Assembly: GCA_021817905.1 (NCBI GenBank) | Contig: JAKAFM010000002.1 | Coordinates: 3,807-67,806, forward strand | Direction of reading: 5' to 3' | DNA from: a bacterium | GTDB lineage: Bacteria; Patescibacteriota; Microgenomatia; UBA12405 | DNA: 64,000 nucleotides | Shown here: positions 39,200 to 48,815 of the stretch, piece by piece | Layout of the letters: every line of letters begins with the position of its first letter | How positions within the stretch are numbered: the first letter of the stretch is position 1 | Made by a program: the position numbers and the translations under genes | Notes under the pieces: generated by a model | What the model was told of the DNA's origin: nothing | Seen by the model: the letters and a program-made list of their open reading frames with translations, nothing else | Database searches by the model: none

Positions 39200-39342
39200 A
39201 TTTAATAACTTTATTAAACATCCCTCTCAAGTTAAGGAGAGGCAGCCGTAGACAATTTTTTTGGGATTAAAGGCAGCTAGAGCGGCCCCAAATAGGTTTG
39301 GGTTGATGTGTTTTATTTGCGTATCCAGCTGCATAATTACCA
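39167..39342 (-). ncRNA. Candidate ~175-nt small RNA or greA-leader transcript, defined by the strong promoter and the terminator
   Basis: TTGACA-N17-TAATAT lies on the minus strand at 39377-39349. The intrinsic terminator ends at 39167. No ORF lies between them. Internal hairpins are predicted (CCCAAA/UUUGGG and CCUCUC/GAGAGG). Confidence 0.35.
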
Positions 39343-39348
39343 CAGTGT

Positions 39349-39394
39349 ATATTAGGGCAGATAGTTGAATTTGTCAACCTAAGTGCCGTAGAAT
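39349..39394. promoter_or_regulatory. Back-to-back divergent promoters. The minus-strand one is TTGACA-N17-TAATAT (39377-39349). The plus-strand one is TTGAAT-N18-TAGAAT (39365-39394), 6 nt upstream of the sortase ATG.
   Basis: Hexamers were read directly on both strands. The -35 boxes sit face to face (ttgaatTtgtcaa). Confidence 0.5.
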
Positions 39395-39400
39395 AACTCT

Positions 39401-40126
39401 ATGTTATTTGATATTTGGCGAATAACGCCAAAAAAAAGATCGGTCCGATTACGGCATAAAAAGGGGGTCTTGTTCTCTAATCCGAGTTTTTTAAACAAAG
39501 TGTTTTTTTATATGGGAAGTTGGTTAGTGCTGATGTCATTGGTCTCGTTTGTTTATTTATATTATCCTGTTGGTAACGCTTATGTACATTATGTCTTGAC
39601 CATGAAATTGCAACCAAGCCAACAACAACAAGCTCATTTGGCGGCCGCCGATAAACACATTGCTCAAGAGGAGGTGGGTAAAAATTATTATGTGATTAAA
39701 ATTCCTAAACTTTATGCTTACGCTCAAATTCAGGAAAATGTGTCGCCGTTTGACTCAATTGAATATAACAAAGTTCTTGCAAGTGACAAAATTGCCATGT
39801 CGAATACCAGTACCTTTCCTGGTTCAGGTAGAGGAAGTATGACCTATTTATTTGCCCACTCAAGTGAAGAATCAATTGGACTAAGTCGTAAAAATCCTAT
39901 TTTCTATCTTCTAGGTGAATTGGCGACTGGTGATAGTATTTGGGTTGAACGTAACGGTATAAAGTATTTTTATAAGGTTTATAATAAAAAAATTATTAGT
40001 GCGGAGGACACTAAGTATTTATATTATAGCGATCCAACCAATGAGGATCTTATTTTGCAGACTTGCTGGCCAGTGGGAACTGACTGGAATCGGTTATTGG
40101 TGTTCGCACATTTGATGGCGTATTAA
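39401..40126 (+). CDS. Sortase-family transpeptidase
   Basis: It has an N-terminal TM anchor, the catalytic His context YLFAHSS, the TLxTC-type motif LILQTCWP and the downstream conserved Arg (NRLLVFA). Confidence 0.6.
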   Translation: MLFDIWRITPKKRSVRLRHKKGVLFSNPSFLNKVFFYMGSWLVLMSLVSFVYLYYPVGNAYVHYVLTMKLQPSQQQQAHLAAADKHIAQEEVGKNYYVIKIPKLYAYAQIQENVSPFDSIEYNKVLASDKIAMSNTSTFPGSGRGSMTYLFAHSSEESIGLSRKNPIFYLLGELATGDSIWVERNGIKYFYKVYNKKIISAEDTKYLYYSDPTNEDLILQTCWPVGTDWNRLLVFAHLMAY

Positions 40127-40131
40127 CAACT

Positions 40132-41583
40132 ATGAGCTTAGATCTTGGTGAGGTCAGAACAACATGTCGTTGGGACCAATTGGCTGTGTTTATTAATGAT
40201 GATGAGATTAAAAATAGAGTTAAAAAAGCTTATGATTTTGCATTAGAACATCATGCTGGTCAAAAACGTGAATCAGGGGATGCTTATATTACTCACCCGT
40301 TATGGATTGCTAAAGTTGTTTCTCAGCTAGGTCTTGGTCATGAGGCAGTAATTGCGGCATTATTGCATGATTTATTGGAAGATACTAATGTATCTATTGA
40401 TGAAATTGCTGATAATTTCGGAGACGAAGTGGCATTGTTAGTACAGGGCTTGACTGATGTTTCCAAAAAGACAAAAGGAATTATTTTTCACCAAACTAAT
40501 ATTGAAGTTTTTAGAAATTTTTTATTCTCGTCAGTTAATGATGTCCGGATATTGATTATCAGATTGGTTGACAAACTTCACAATGGTCTGACAATCGAGG
40601 CTTTATCGCAAGAACGTCAGGAAAAATTTGCTCAGAGAATTTTTGGAGTTTATGGACCAATTTCAGAGTATGTGGGATTACACTTTTTTAAACAGCAATT
40701 AGAAGATATTGCCTTTAAAATTTTGTATCCAGATGAAGCCAAAAAATTAGAAAAATACCTTGAAAAACGAAGTAAAAATGAATATAAGGCACAAGTTTCG
40801 GTAATTGAGGATATTAACAAAGTGTTACAACTTAACAAAATCAGCGGTTTTGAAATCCAGTCACGAATAAAAAGTCTCTATTCTACGTATCTTAAAAAAG
40901 TTAAAAAAGATTATCGGGGGAACCGTCAATTTAAGGATCGTGTTGGAGTGAGAATATTGTTAAAAACAATTGAAGACTGTTACGTTGTATTAGGTTTAAT
41001 TCATGCGCAGTTTAAATATATTCCTGAAGAATTTCACGATTATATTTCAAATCCTAAACCAAATGGTTATCGGTCACTACAAACAACAGTTATGTGGCAT
41101 GCAACCTTGATGGTAGAAATTCAGATACGGACTTTTGAAATGCATGAGTTTAATGAATTTGGGCCCGCATCACACATTGCCTATAAAATGAGTAAAAATT
41201 TGACTCAAAGTCGAGGAATGGAATGGGTGGCAGATTTGGTTAAATGGCAAAGTACTAAAACGGTTAATAATTATCGAATTAGCGTATTAACAGAACACGT
41301 TTACATTTTTACACCTACTGGTGAGGTGATTCAGTTGCCTAAAGGAAGTAAACCGTTAGATTTTGCCTATCGATTACATAGTCATTTAGGAGATTACTGC
41401 AAAGGGGTATTGGTTAATAATAAGATGACAAAATTAGATAGCGAACTGAAGACTGGAGATGTGGTAATGATCTTGACTACGAACAAACTAATGGCTAAGC
41501 CTGGATGGCTTAACTTTGTAATAACTCCCGGGGCGAAGGAGCATTTGAGGAAATTAAGAAATGAGTTGAGGGATCAGCTATAA
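40132..41583 (+). CDS. rel: Bifunctional (p)ppGpp synthetase/hydrolase, short Rel/SpoT homolog (HD-Synth-TGS)
   Basis: The HD hydrolase motif is HDLLEDT and the synthetase motif is EIQIRTFEMHEF. A TGS domain closes the C-terminus. The protein is 483 aa and the usual C-terminal helical/ACT region is absent. Confidence 0.85.
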   Translation: MSLDLGEVRTTCRWDQLAVFINDDEIKNRVKKAYDFALEHHAGQKRESGDAYITHPLWIAKVVSQLGLGHEAVIAALLHDLLEDTNVSIDEIADNFGDEVALLVQGLTDVSKKTKGIIFHQTNIEVFRNFLFSSVNDVRILIIRLVDKLHNGLTIEALSQERQEKFAQRIFGVYGPISEYVGLHFFKQQLEDIAFKILYPDEAKKLEKYLEKRSKNEYKAQVSVIEDINKVLQLNKISGFEIQSRIKSLYSTYLKKVKKDYRGNRQFKDRVGVRILLKTIEDCYVVLGLIHAQFKYIPEEFHDYISNPKPNGYRSLQTTVMWHATLMVEIQIRTFEMHEFNEFGPASHIAYKMSKNLTQSRGMEWVADLVKWQSTKTVNNYRISVLTEHVYIFTPTGEVIQLPKGSKPLDFAYRLHSHLGDYCKGVLVNNKMTKLDSELKTGDVVMILTTNKLMAKPGWLNFVITPGAKEHLRKLRNELRDQL

Positions 41584-41590
41584 TAGTCCC

Positions 41591-42742
41591 ATGACTATAG
41601 ATGAAAAAATAAAATTAATCACTCGAAACTGCGAAGAGATTATTACCTTGGAAGATCTACGGGAACTACTGGAAGATGGTACTCAATTGACTCACTATAT
41701 CGGTTTTGAGATTTCCGGGTTGGTCCATTTGGGAACAGGATATATTTCTATGGGCAAAATTGCTGATTTTTTAAAAGCAGGGGTTAAGTGCCAGATCTTT
41801 TTGGCAGATTTTCATACTTACCTTAATAATAAATTAGGCGGTAACCTTGATGATATTCGCTGGGCTGCTGGCGCATATTTTAAACAAGCATTGATTGGTT
41901 CGCTTAAGTGTCACCAGGTTGACGTTGAGGCAAGATTGGCGTCGGGTGATTTAACTTTTATACATGGTTTTGACTTATATAAAGATAACCTAGTCCACTG
42001 GGAGACATTTATGGAGGTGGGCAAACATGTAACTTTGTCAAGAAATATGCGCTCGATTTCGATTATGGGAAAAAAACAAGGTAATGATGTATCGATGGCA
42101 ACATTGTTTTACCCGCCGCTTCAAGTGGCTGATATTTACACTATGAGAGTTACTTTGGCTCACGCGGGGATGGATCAACGCAAGGCACATGTGGTGGCAC
42201 GACAAGTTGCTCATAATTTGGAGATAAATCCACTTTTGAATAGTAAGGGTCAGAAGATTGCCCCCGTAGCCATTCATCATAATCTGATAGCAGGATTGAC
42301 TGGTCCCGAAAAAGTAGATACAACGCAAGCGGCCGATGAAGTGGCAATTGATTTAAAGATGAGTAAATCAAAACCTAGTTCGGCTATTTTTGTTCACGAC
42401 AGCCCTGATGAAATTAAAGATAAGATCAGAAAAGCCTATGGACCGCCAAAAGATATTGCCTTTAATCCCCTCCTCAACTGGGTTAAAATTCTGGTGTTTT
42501 GGGGAGATGATAGTGGTAACTTTGTAATCAAAAGACCTGATAAATTCGGTGGTAATTTGAACTATACGAGCTATACAAAGCTTGAGAATGATTACGCTGA
42601 AGGAACACTTTTTCCACTGGACTTAAAAAATGCTCTAGCTGATTGGTTGATAAAAGTCTTAGAGCCGGCAAGAAAACATTTTGAAGTTGCTGAAAATTTG
42701 CAAGCTCTGGCAAAAATGAAGTCTCTTTTAACTCAGCAATGA
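41591..42742 (+). CDS. tyrS: Tyrosyl-tRNA synthetase, archaeal/eukaryal type
   Basis: It has YIGFEISGLVHLGTG (the HIGH region), GMDQRK and KMSKS. The C-terminus RPDKFGGNLNYTSYTKLE...LFPLDLKNALADWLIKVLEP closely parallels archaeal TyrRS. Confidence 0.85.
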   Translation: MTIDEKIKLITRNCEEIITLEDLRELLEDGTQLTHYIGFEISGLVHLGTGYISMGKIADFLKAGVKCQIFLADFHTYLNNKLGGNLDDIRWAAGAYFKQALIGSLKCHQVDVEARLASGDLTFIHGFDLYKDNLVHWETFMEVGKHVTLSRNMRSISIMGKKQGNDVSMATLFYPPLQVADIYTMRVTLAHAGMDQRKAHVVARQVAHNLEINPLLNSKGQKIAPVAIHHNLIAGLTGPEKVDTTQAADEVAIDLKMSKSKPSSAIFVHDSPDEIKDKIRKAYGPPKDIAFNPLLNWVKILVFWGDDSGNFVIKRPDKFGGNLNYTSYTKLENDYAEGTLFPLDLKNALADWLIKVLEPARKHFEVAENLQALAKMKSLLTQQ

Positions 42743-43416
42743 GAAAACTTCTGGATAATCTGGGTCTAAAATTAGCCTTTATTTTGAGTTGGATTTTTTT
42801 TCGTAATAAACCAGCGGAGGTCGTATTCGATGAGGTATATAGACATAATATTTGGCGCGATAAAGAGTCTGTCTCTGGACCCGGTTCAAACCTGCGTGAG
42901 ACGGCGATTCTAAGGACTCAATTACCAAAACTACTGAAACAGTATTCCATTGCCAGTATATTGGATTTGCCTTGTGGCGACTTTAATTGGATGAGGATGC
43001 TTGATCTTGACGGTATTACTTATATTGGTGGGGACATTGTCGAGGCTATTGTTATTGAAAACCAAACAAAATATCACCAAAAAAATGTAGTATTTAAAAA
43101 AATCAATCTACTTGAAGATAAACTTCCCAAAGTCGATTTAATTTTATGTCGGGATTGTTTGGTTCATTTTTCCTATAAAGACATACATCGTGCTTTAGAA
43201 CAAATTAAAAATAGTGGAAGTACTTATTTGCTAACTACAACATATCCAGAAAAGAAAAATAAGGACATTGTGACCGGTGGTTGGCGGCCACTTAATTTAA
43301 ATTCGGCGCCCTTTTTATTACCCAAGCCAGAAGCCATTATTCCTGAAGGATGCAAAGAAATTAATGGGAGTAACAACGATAAATCACTTGGGTTATGGTC
43401 GATTTATGATTGGTAA
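42739..43416 (+). CDS. Class I SAM-dependent methyltransferase
   Basis: ILDLPCGDFNW is motif I, followed by downstream Rossmann-fold elements. Confidence 0.65.
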   Translation: MRKLLDNLGLKLAFILSWIFFRNKPAEVVFDEVYRHNIWRDKESVSGPGSNLRETAILRTQLPKLLKQYSIASILDLPCGDFNWMRMLDLDGITYIGGDIVEAIVIENQTKYHQKNVVFKKINLLEDKLPKVDLILCRDCLVHFSYKDIHRALEQIKNSGSTYLLTTTYPEKKNKDIVTGGWRPLNLNSAPFLLPKPEAIIPEGCKEINGSNNDKSLGLWSIYDW

Positions 43417-43424
43417 CTGTATTC

Positions 43425-43691
43425 TTATTTACTAGTACCACGCAACATAATTAAGTTAGCAAGTTTTTCTTCAGCTTGGGAAAGTATTTCGTTTGCATTT
43501 AGACAACCGGGGTCACCGCTTTTAAGTCTAGCTATAATGCTATTAGCTTCGGCGATTTCGTCGTTAAGATTTCGTTCGTCGGACAAGGCATTAGTCATTT
43601 GTCGATAGGCACAGATGTTAGTTACTCGACAGGAGTAACCGATTAGGCCAGGGGAACGACAAGTAGCATTATCAGGAGTGCTTGGTGACAT
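43425..43691 (-). CDS. Hypothetical small Cys-containing protein downstream of uvrC
   Basis: 88 aa with four Cys (CRSPG...CRVTNIC...GC). No recognisable family. Confidence 0.3.
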   Translation of the reverse strand: MSPSTPDNATCRSPGLIGYSCRVTNICAYRQMTNALSDERNLNDEIAEANSIIARLKSGDPGCLNANEILSQAEEKLANLIMLRGTSK

Positions 43692-43695
43692 AGGT

Positions 43696-44991
43696 TTATA
43701 TTTTACTATTTATAGTTCGACTAATCAATTCCTTTCGGTATCTATTGGCAAAACGATGTGCCTCATCGCGAAGTGATTGGAGCAACTTAAGCGCATTAGA
43801 ATCGTGTGGCAAATTAATTTCTATCCAATCGTTTTGATGTTTAATGACAATTGTTTCTAGACGTTTAGCTAAACCGATAATGGCAATATGGCTTAATGGC
43901 GATTCAGGAAAAGCTTTCAAAATTGTGTGAATGGCGCTAACTTGCGGTTTACCACCATCAACAACAATAATTTGAGGATATTCCCATTCATAATGTTTGA
44001 GCCGTCGAAAAACAACTTCTCGGATCATAAACTGATCATCTTGAGTATCTTTGGTTTTTATTTTAAATTTCCGGTATTCATTTTTATCGATGCCACTACC
44101 TTGAAAAACAACCATTGAACCGACAAAAAACTGTGGACCCAAATTAGAGATATCAAAGCATTCAAGACGGTAAAGACTGGTTAAAAATGGATAATAAGGT
44201 TGAAGAGTGGTGCGCAGCTCCTCAAGACTGCTACTCACCTTATCATCCATAATAGTAATATCTTGATATAAGGTATCGAGATGTTGCCATCCGGCAGTAA
44301 CATATTCCAGGGAATGTAATTGATCGCGAACCATGGCAGCTTTTTCGTATTCTTCAGCTTTGGAATAGTGCTTTAAATCTTTAGTCAGACTAAATTTTAT
44401 TTTGGTAAAATTTCCCATCAATATTGTTTTAATACGTTTAATGGAACGACGATATTGGAATTTATTTGGATTGGGACCAGGGCATAGCCCAAGATGGCAA
44501 TAAAAACATTTGGCTGGGCCATGATTTGGCTTGGTGTAAAATGGGAATATTTTTCGTAATGTCTTGAGAATAGTTCGAACAGCGGAACCATTAGGGAACG
44601 GTCCGAAGTAGGTGTCATTATCGAGATTTACAAATGATCGCTTAGCGGCATAAATACATGGCAGCTTGTCTTTGGAAATAACAATATAGGTGTAGCTTTT
44701 ATCATCTTTGAGTTGAGAATTATATTTTGGTTTAAACTTTTTGATTAGACTGGCTTCTAAAACTAAGGCTTCAATTTCTGAACCTACGTTTCTAGTATCA
44801 ATGTGATCAATTTCTGCCACCAAGGAGGCAGTTTTGGGGCCGAGAGCGTCGTCACGTTGAAAATATTGGGAAACACGGCGTTTAAGATCAATAGCTTTAC
44901 CAACGTAAATGATTGTTCCGGCTTTGTTTTTGTAGATGTAAACGCCGGGAGTATGGGGAAGAGTTTTTAGTATGTCTGTAAAATTAGTCAT
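43696..44991 (-). CDS. uvrC: Excinuclease ABC subunit C, short form lacking the C-terminal (HhH)2 domain
   Basis: It has GIY-YIG (GVYIYKN...YVGKA), a UVR motif and an RNase H-like endonuclease domain, and ends RDEAHRFANRYR. The start was set at MTNFTDIL. The tracked ORF extends 69 codons into uvrA in another frame. Confidence 0.85.
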   Translation of the reverse strand: MTNFTDILKTLPHTPGVYIYKNKAGTIIYVGKAIDLKRRVSQYFQRDDALGPKTASLVAEIDHIDTRNVGSEIEALVLEASLIKKFKPKYNSQLKDDKSYTYIVISKDKLPCIYAAKRSFVNLDNDTYFGPFPNGSAVRTILKTLRKIFPFYTKPNHGPAKCFYCHLGLCPGPNPNKFQYRRSIKRIKTILMGNFTKIKFSLTKDLKHYSKAEEYEKAAMVRDQLHSLEYVTAGWQHLDTLYQDITIMDDKVSSSLEELRTTLQPYYPFLTSLYRLECFDISNLGPQFFVGSMVVFQGSGIDKNEYRKFKIKTKDTQDDQFMIREVVFRRLKHYEWEYPQIIVVDGGKPQVSAIHTILKAFPESPLSHIAIIGLAKRLETIVIKHQNDWIEINLPHDSNALKLLQSLRDEAHRFANRYRKELISRTINSKI

Positions 44992-47689
44992 GAAGTGTTT
45001 TCTTAAGATACTGACCAGTATATGATGATTTACAGGCCATGATGTCCTCAATAGTACCGGTAGCGACAACATAACCGCCTTTATCACCACCTTCGGGACC
45101 CATGTCGATAATCCAATCAGCATTTTTAATAACATCAAGATTATGTTCAATGACAACCACCGTATTACCTTTATCGACCAATTGACGGAGAACGCCAATT
45201 AGTTTGTCGACATCGTAAAAATGAAGGCCAGTGGTTGGTTCATCAAGTACATACAAGGTGTGACCTTCGGAACGTTTGACTAGTTCGCGGCTAATTTTGA
45301 GTCGCTGTGACTCCCCTCCCGATAAGGTGTTAGAAGGTTGACCAAGCTCAAGATATCCAAGACCAACCGCTTGGATAGTTTCTAACTTACGTCGTAAAGT
45401 AGTGATGTTTTTAAAAAATTCGTGGGCTTCGTCAACGGTAAGCCTGAGCATTTCGGCGACATTTTTTCCCTTATATTCAACTTCTAGTGTCTCCTCTTTG
45501 AAACGGCTTCCGTGGCACTCATCACAGGTGACATAAATATCGGGAAGAAATTGCATTTCAATTTTGATTTGCCCTTGGCCTTGGCAAACTTCGCATCTAC
45601 CACCCTTGGTATTGAATGAAAAACGGCCGATATTGTAGCCACGGATGGCACTTTCGGTGGTTTGCGAAAGCAAATCGCGGATGTGGTCAAATATTTTTGT
45701 ATAAGTAGCAGGATTACTTCGAGGAGTACGACCTATCGGTGACTGATCGACTAGTAAGACATCAGTAAGATTGTCGGTGCCGATTAATTTATCAAATTTA
45801 CCTATGTTACCTTTAAATTCACTGTCTAATTTCTTTTTAACGCCAGCATATAAGGTGTCATGGATTAACGTAGATTTACCGGAGCCGGAAACGCCAGTAA
45901 CGAACACTAGCTTATTGAGAGGAAATTCGACATTGATATTTTTTAGATTCCATTGATGGCCATTAACGACACTAATTTTATTATTATTAGTACTTTTTTT
46001 GAGTTTAATTGGCGATTCATATCGTAAATCAGAAGAAAGGCTGGGGGCAGTGACTTTTAGTTTTCCTGATAAATATTTTCCAGTAAGAGATGCTTTGTTG
46101 GCCATTATTTGATCAAGAGAACCCTGGGCAATGATTTGGCCACCATTTTTGCCGGCAAAAGGCCCAAAGTCAATAATGTGATCAGCATTGCGAATAACGT
46201 CCTCATCGTGCTCGACGACGACAACCGTATTGCCCAATTCCTTTAATTTTTTGAGAGTAGCGATAAGACGATCGTTGTCACGGGAATGAAGTCCAATGGT
46301 CGGTTCATCAAGAATATAAAGGACCCCCGTTAAACCAGTACCGATTTGAGAAGCTAAACGAATACGTTGAGACTCACCACTGGATAATGTTCCGGCTTCT
46401 CGATCGACGGTTAGATAATCAAGTCCAACTGCTAATAGAAATTCAAGACGAGCACTTATTTCTTTGTTAATAGGAATCACGATTTCTTTTTCTTTGTCAC
46501 TAACCAGGATTGTATCTAGCGATTTGACCCAGCTGGTTAAGTGCTCAATAGATAGTCGACTAATCTCATAAATATTTTTATCAGTAATATGAACTGACAG
46601 TGCCTCGGGGTTTAACCTAGAGCCGTGACAAACATCACAGGCTTCCTTAATCATTAATTTTTCAATTTCTTCACGAACTGAATCATTGGGGGCATTAAAG
46701 AAACGGCTTTCCAAATATTTTGCTTTCCACTCAGGAACTTTGGCGCGATCGACTTGATATTTCGTACCAAGCCCTTTACATTCCGGGCAAGCACCTTGTG
46801 GGGAATTAAAGGAAAATAATCGTGGTTCTATGGCTGGAAGCGAAAGATTACAGACAGGACAGGCATAATTTTCAGAATAAAGAGTATCTTTGACAAGGGT
46901 TGGTTGGTCTGGAAAATTAAAGGCAGTGTCTTCGACTTTACCAACAATGACTAAACCGTTTGAAAGTTTCATAGCAACTTCGACGTCATCAATTAATCGA
47001 GTATAAATGTTGTTGCGATCTTGGAGGGTATCTTTGGTGATTGAAACGCGGTCAATAATAGCATCAATATCATGCTTGTTGGTTTTGGCAACACCAAAGT
47101 CGGCATATAAATCAATACATTTATTGTCTACCCGCAACCACTTATATCCCTGTTTTCTAATATTTTCGATTAAACCACGAAAATCACCAGCACGGTTGCG
47201 TACTAGTGGGGCTAAAAGCAGGAAACGATATGGGGTACTATTGGTCGTAGATTCTTGGGCAATATCGAGTATGTGTGTCACAATTTGCTTGCTGGTTTGA
47301 GGAATGACTTCACGACCACAGTTTGGACAGTGAGGGTGGCCAATGCGGGCAAACAAAAGGCGTAAGTAATCATATATTTCAGTAACTGTGCCGACAGTCG
47401 AACGGGGATTATGGGAAATGGCTTTTTGATTGATAGCGATGGCGGGAGATAAGCCTTCTATGAGGTCAACGTCTGGTCTTTTCATGTTTCCCAGGAATTG
47501 ACGAGCATACGAGGACAAACTTTCGACATAACGTCGCTGACCCTCGGCAAAAAGTGTATCAAAGGCCATGCTGGATTTACCAGATCCTGAAACACCCGTA
47601 AAAACAATCAACTTGTCTTTGGGAATCTCGAAAGAAACGTCTTTGAGATTATTTTCACGAGCGCCTTTGATGATAATTTTGTCGAGCAT
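44984..47689 (-). CDS. uvrA: Excinuclease ABC subunit A
   Basis: 901 aa with two ABC ATPase modules (GVSGSGKSS twice), zinc fingers and the N-terminus [16 protein letters not shown]. Confidence 0.95.
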   Translation of the reverse strand: MLDKIIIKGARENNLKDVSFEIPKDKLIVFTGVSGSGKSSMAFDTLFAEGQRRYVESLSSYARQFLGNMKRPDVDLIEGLSPAIAINQKAISHNPRSTVGTVTEIYDYLRLLFARIGHPHCPNCGREVIPQTSKQIVTHILDIAQESTTNSTPYRFLLLAPLVRNRAGDFRGLIENIRKQGYKWLRVDNKCIDLYADFGVAKTNKHDIDAIIDRVSITKDTLQDRNNIYTRLIDDVEVAMKLSNGLVIVGKVEDTAFNFPDQPTLVKDTLYSENYACPVCNLSLPAIEPRLFSFNSPQGACPECKGLGTKYQVDRAKVPEWKAKYLESRFFNAPNDSVREEIEKLMIKEACDVCHGSRLNPEALSVHITDKNIYEISRLSIEHLTSWVKSLDTILVSDKEKEIVIPINKEISARLEFLLAVGLDYLTVDREAGTLSSGESQRIRLASQIGTGLTGVLYILDEPTIGLHSRDNDRLIATLKKLKELGNTVVVVEHDEDVIRNADHIIDFGPFAGKNGGQIIAQGSLDQIMANKASLTGKYLSGKLKVTAPSLSSDLRYESPIKLKKSTNNNKISVVNGHQWNLKNINVEFPLNKLVFVTGVSGSGKSTLIHDTLYAGVKKKLDSEFKGNIGKFDKLIGTDNLTDVLLVDQSPIGRTPRSNPATYTKIFDHIRDLLSQTTESAIRGYNIGRFSFNTKGGRCEVCQGQGQIKIEMQFLPDIYVTCDECHGSRFKEETLEVEYKGKNVAEMLRLTVDEAHEFFKNITTLRRKLETIQAVGLGYLELGQPSNTLSGGESQRLKISRELVKRSEGHTLYVLDEPTTGLHFYDVDKLIGVLRQLVDKGNTVVVIEHNLDVIKNADWIIDMGPEGGDKGGYVVATGTIEDIMACKSSYTGQYLKKTLHD

Positions 47690-47799
47690 ATAGGCAATAA
47701 AATATCCCCTAACGGGGGCCTTTATATCTAGTAATAAAGTACTTTTATTATAGCAGATGTTTGGGTTTTATTTGGGTAATATTAATTTGAAGTTGTGAT

Positions 47800-48102
47800 A
47801 TGATTTATATTGTGAGAGAGAGGAGAATCAATAAAATTTTTTCTCAGGTTCAATTTTATAAATTAGATACTTGGATAGGTGCCTTAACTGGTCCTTATAA
47901 TCAGGAAAATTGTGAGTGTGGTGATGATGTAGTAGTAGGTGGTTCTAGTTGGGGACGTTTTACTGCTACTGCCGGTGATCCAGAGTTAAGAGCAAAAGAA
48001 ATTAAAATACTTAATGGAAAAATTACATTAATCGTGGGGAGACGTAATATTTCTGATCTTAAAAGAGAATTAGATGAAAATGGTTGCCTTGAAGAGAAAT
48101 GA
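47800..48102 (+). CDS. Hypothetical small protein
   Basis: 100 aa with CEC and GC motifs. No family recognised. An alternative GTG start at 47812 is preceded by a TATGAT -10-like box. Confidence 0.3.
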   Translation: MIYIVRERRINKIFSQVQFYKLDTWIGALTGPYNQENCECGDDVVVGGSSWGRFTATAGDPELRAKEIKILNGKITLIVGRRNISDLKRELDENGCLEEK

Positions 48103-48163
48103 AAGTTTATTTCAGGTGAATTTGTGTTTTTGGGGTAATAAGTGTGGGTGGTATAATTCGTCC

Positions 48164-48481
48164 ATGATCCCTGTAAAACTTTTAATTGGATATGACAACA
48201 AAGAAGGTTGTAAAAGTTGTTCGGTAGTAGAGGCTATAGTTGATGAGATTAAAAAACGTCCTAACGTAAAACGGATAACTTTGGCTGGTCCCGTTGATTT
48301 GTTTGACTGTGAGTTTATAGCTTCGAAAACTGATGAAAATGGATTGAGTTATCATGCGGGAACTTTTTCTATTCCGGTTTGTAGGGTGTGCAAGGGTGCT
48401 GAACCTAAAGAAAAAGCCGTGAAAGTTAATGAGTTAAACCAGCTTGGATCACTTTTTAACAGATACGAGGTTTTGATCTAG
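48164..48481 (+). CDS. Hypothetical Cys4 (CxxC...CxxC) zinc-ribbon-like protein
   Basis: CKSC...CRVC. The extended -10 TGgTATAAT lies at 48149-48157, 6 nt upstream of the ATG at 48164. The tracked ORF starts at 48074 and overlaps the previous gene. Confidence 0.35.
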   Translation: MIPVKLLIGYDNKEGCKSCSVVEAIVDEIKKRPNVKRITLAGPVDLFDCEFIASKTDENGLSYHAGTFSIPVCRVCKGAEPKEKAVKVNELNQLGSLFNRYEVLI

Positions 48482-48786
48482 TGTACTTTTTTTGGCACTA
48501 TAGTATTCTGGCTAAGGACAGCATGAGTAGTGCATCTGAGTCTGATTACTTTAGTTTCTGGTGTAGCTGGTCGAACTATACCAGTTAACTCCGATACGTT
48601 TATTCGTTGTATGTTGCATTCTGGATACTGATGGACTAGTGTAAATTCTTCCAAAGTAAGATCTTTGCGGTGAGTTAATTCACCTTTAATTTGTCTACGG
48701 GCACTATTAGGTGTAAGTGAAAGCTTTTGAAGTTCAAGAAGTTCGCTGACTGGTGCTTGATGTAACTCTGCTTCTGTTAATTCCAC
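48478..48786 (-). CDS. Hypothetical protein with an N-terminal Rho_N/SAP-like helix, co-oriented downstream of uvrB
   Basis: LTEAELHQAPVSELLELQKLSL resembles the Rho N-terminal helical motif. The rest is unassigned. Confidence 0.35.
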   Translation of the reverse strand: MELTEAELHQAPVSELLELQKLSLTPNSARRQIKGELTHRKDLTLEEFTLVHQYPECNIQRINVSELTGIVRPATPETKVIRLRCTTHAVLSQNTIVPKKVH

Positions 48787-48815
48787 ACCTTACTTATTTT
48801 ACACTATTGTAATGA

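Noticed and set aside
39167-39342. Whether the greA-upstream transcript is 6S RNA, SRP (4.5S) RNA or another known housekeeping RNA.
   Set aside because: The ends are not complementary as they would be in a 6S-like rod. No SRP helix-8 motifs (GGAA/AGCAG-type symmetric loop) could be found. The size excludes RNase P and tmRNA. It is kept only as an unclassified candidate sRNA.
47690-47720. The CCCCTAACGGGGG hairpin next to the uvrA start, read as a terminator.
   Set aside because: The stem is short with no adjacent U tract on either strand. It lies at the 5' end of uvrA where no upstream gene needs terminating. It is more likely incidental or a weak operator.
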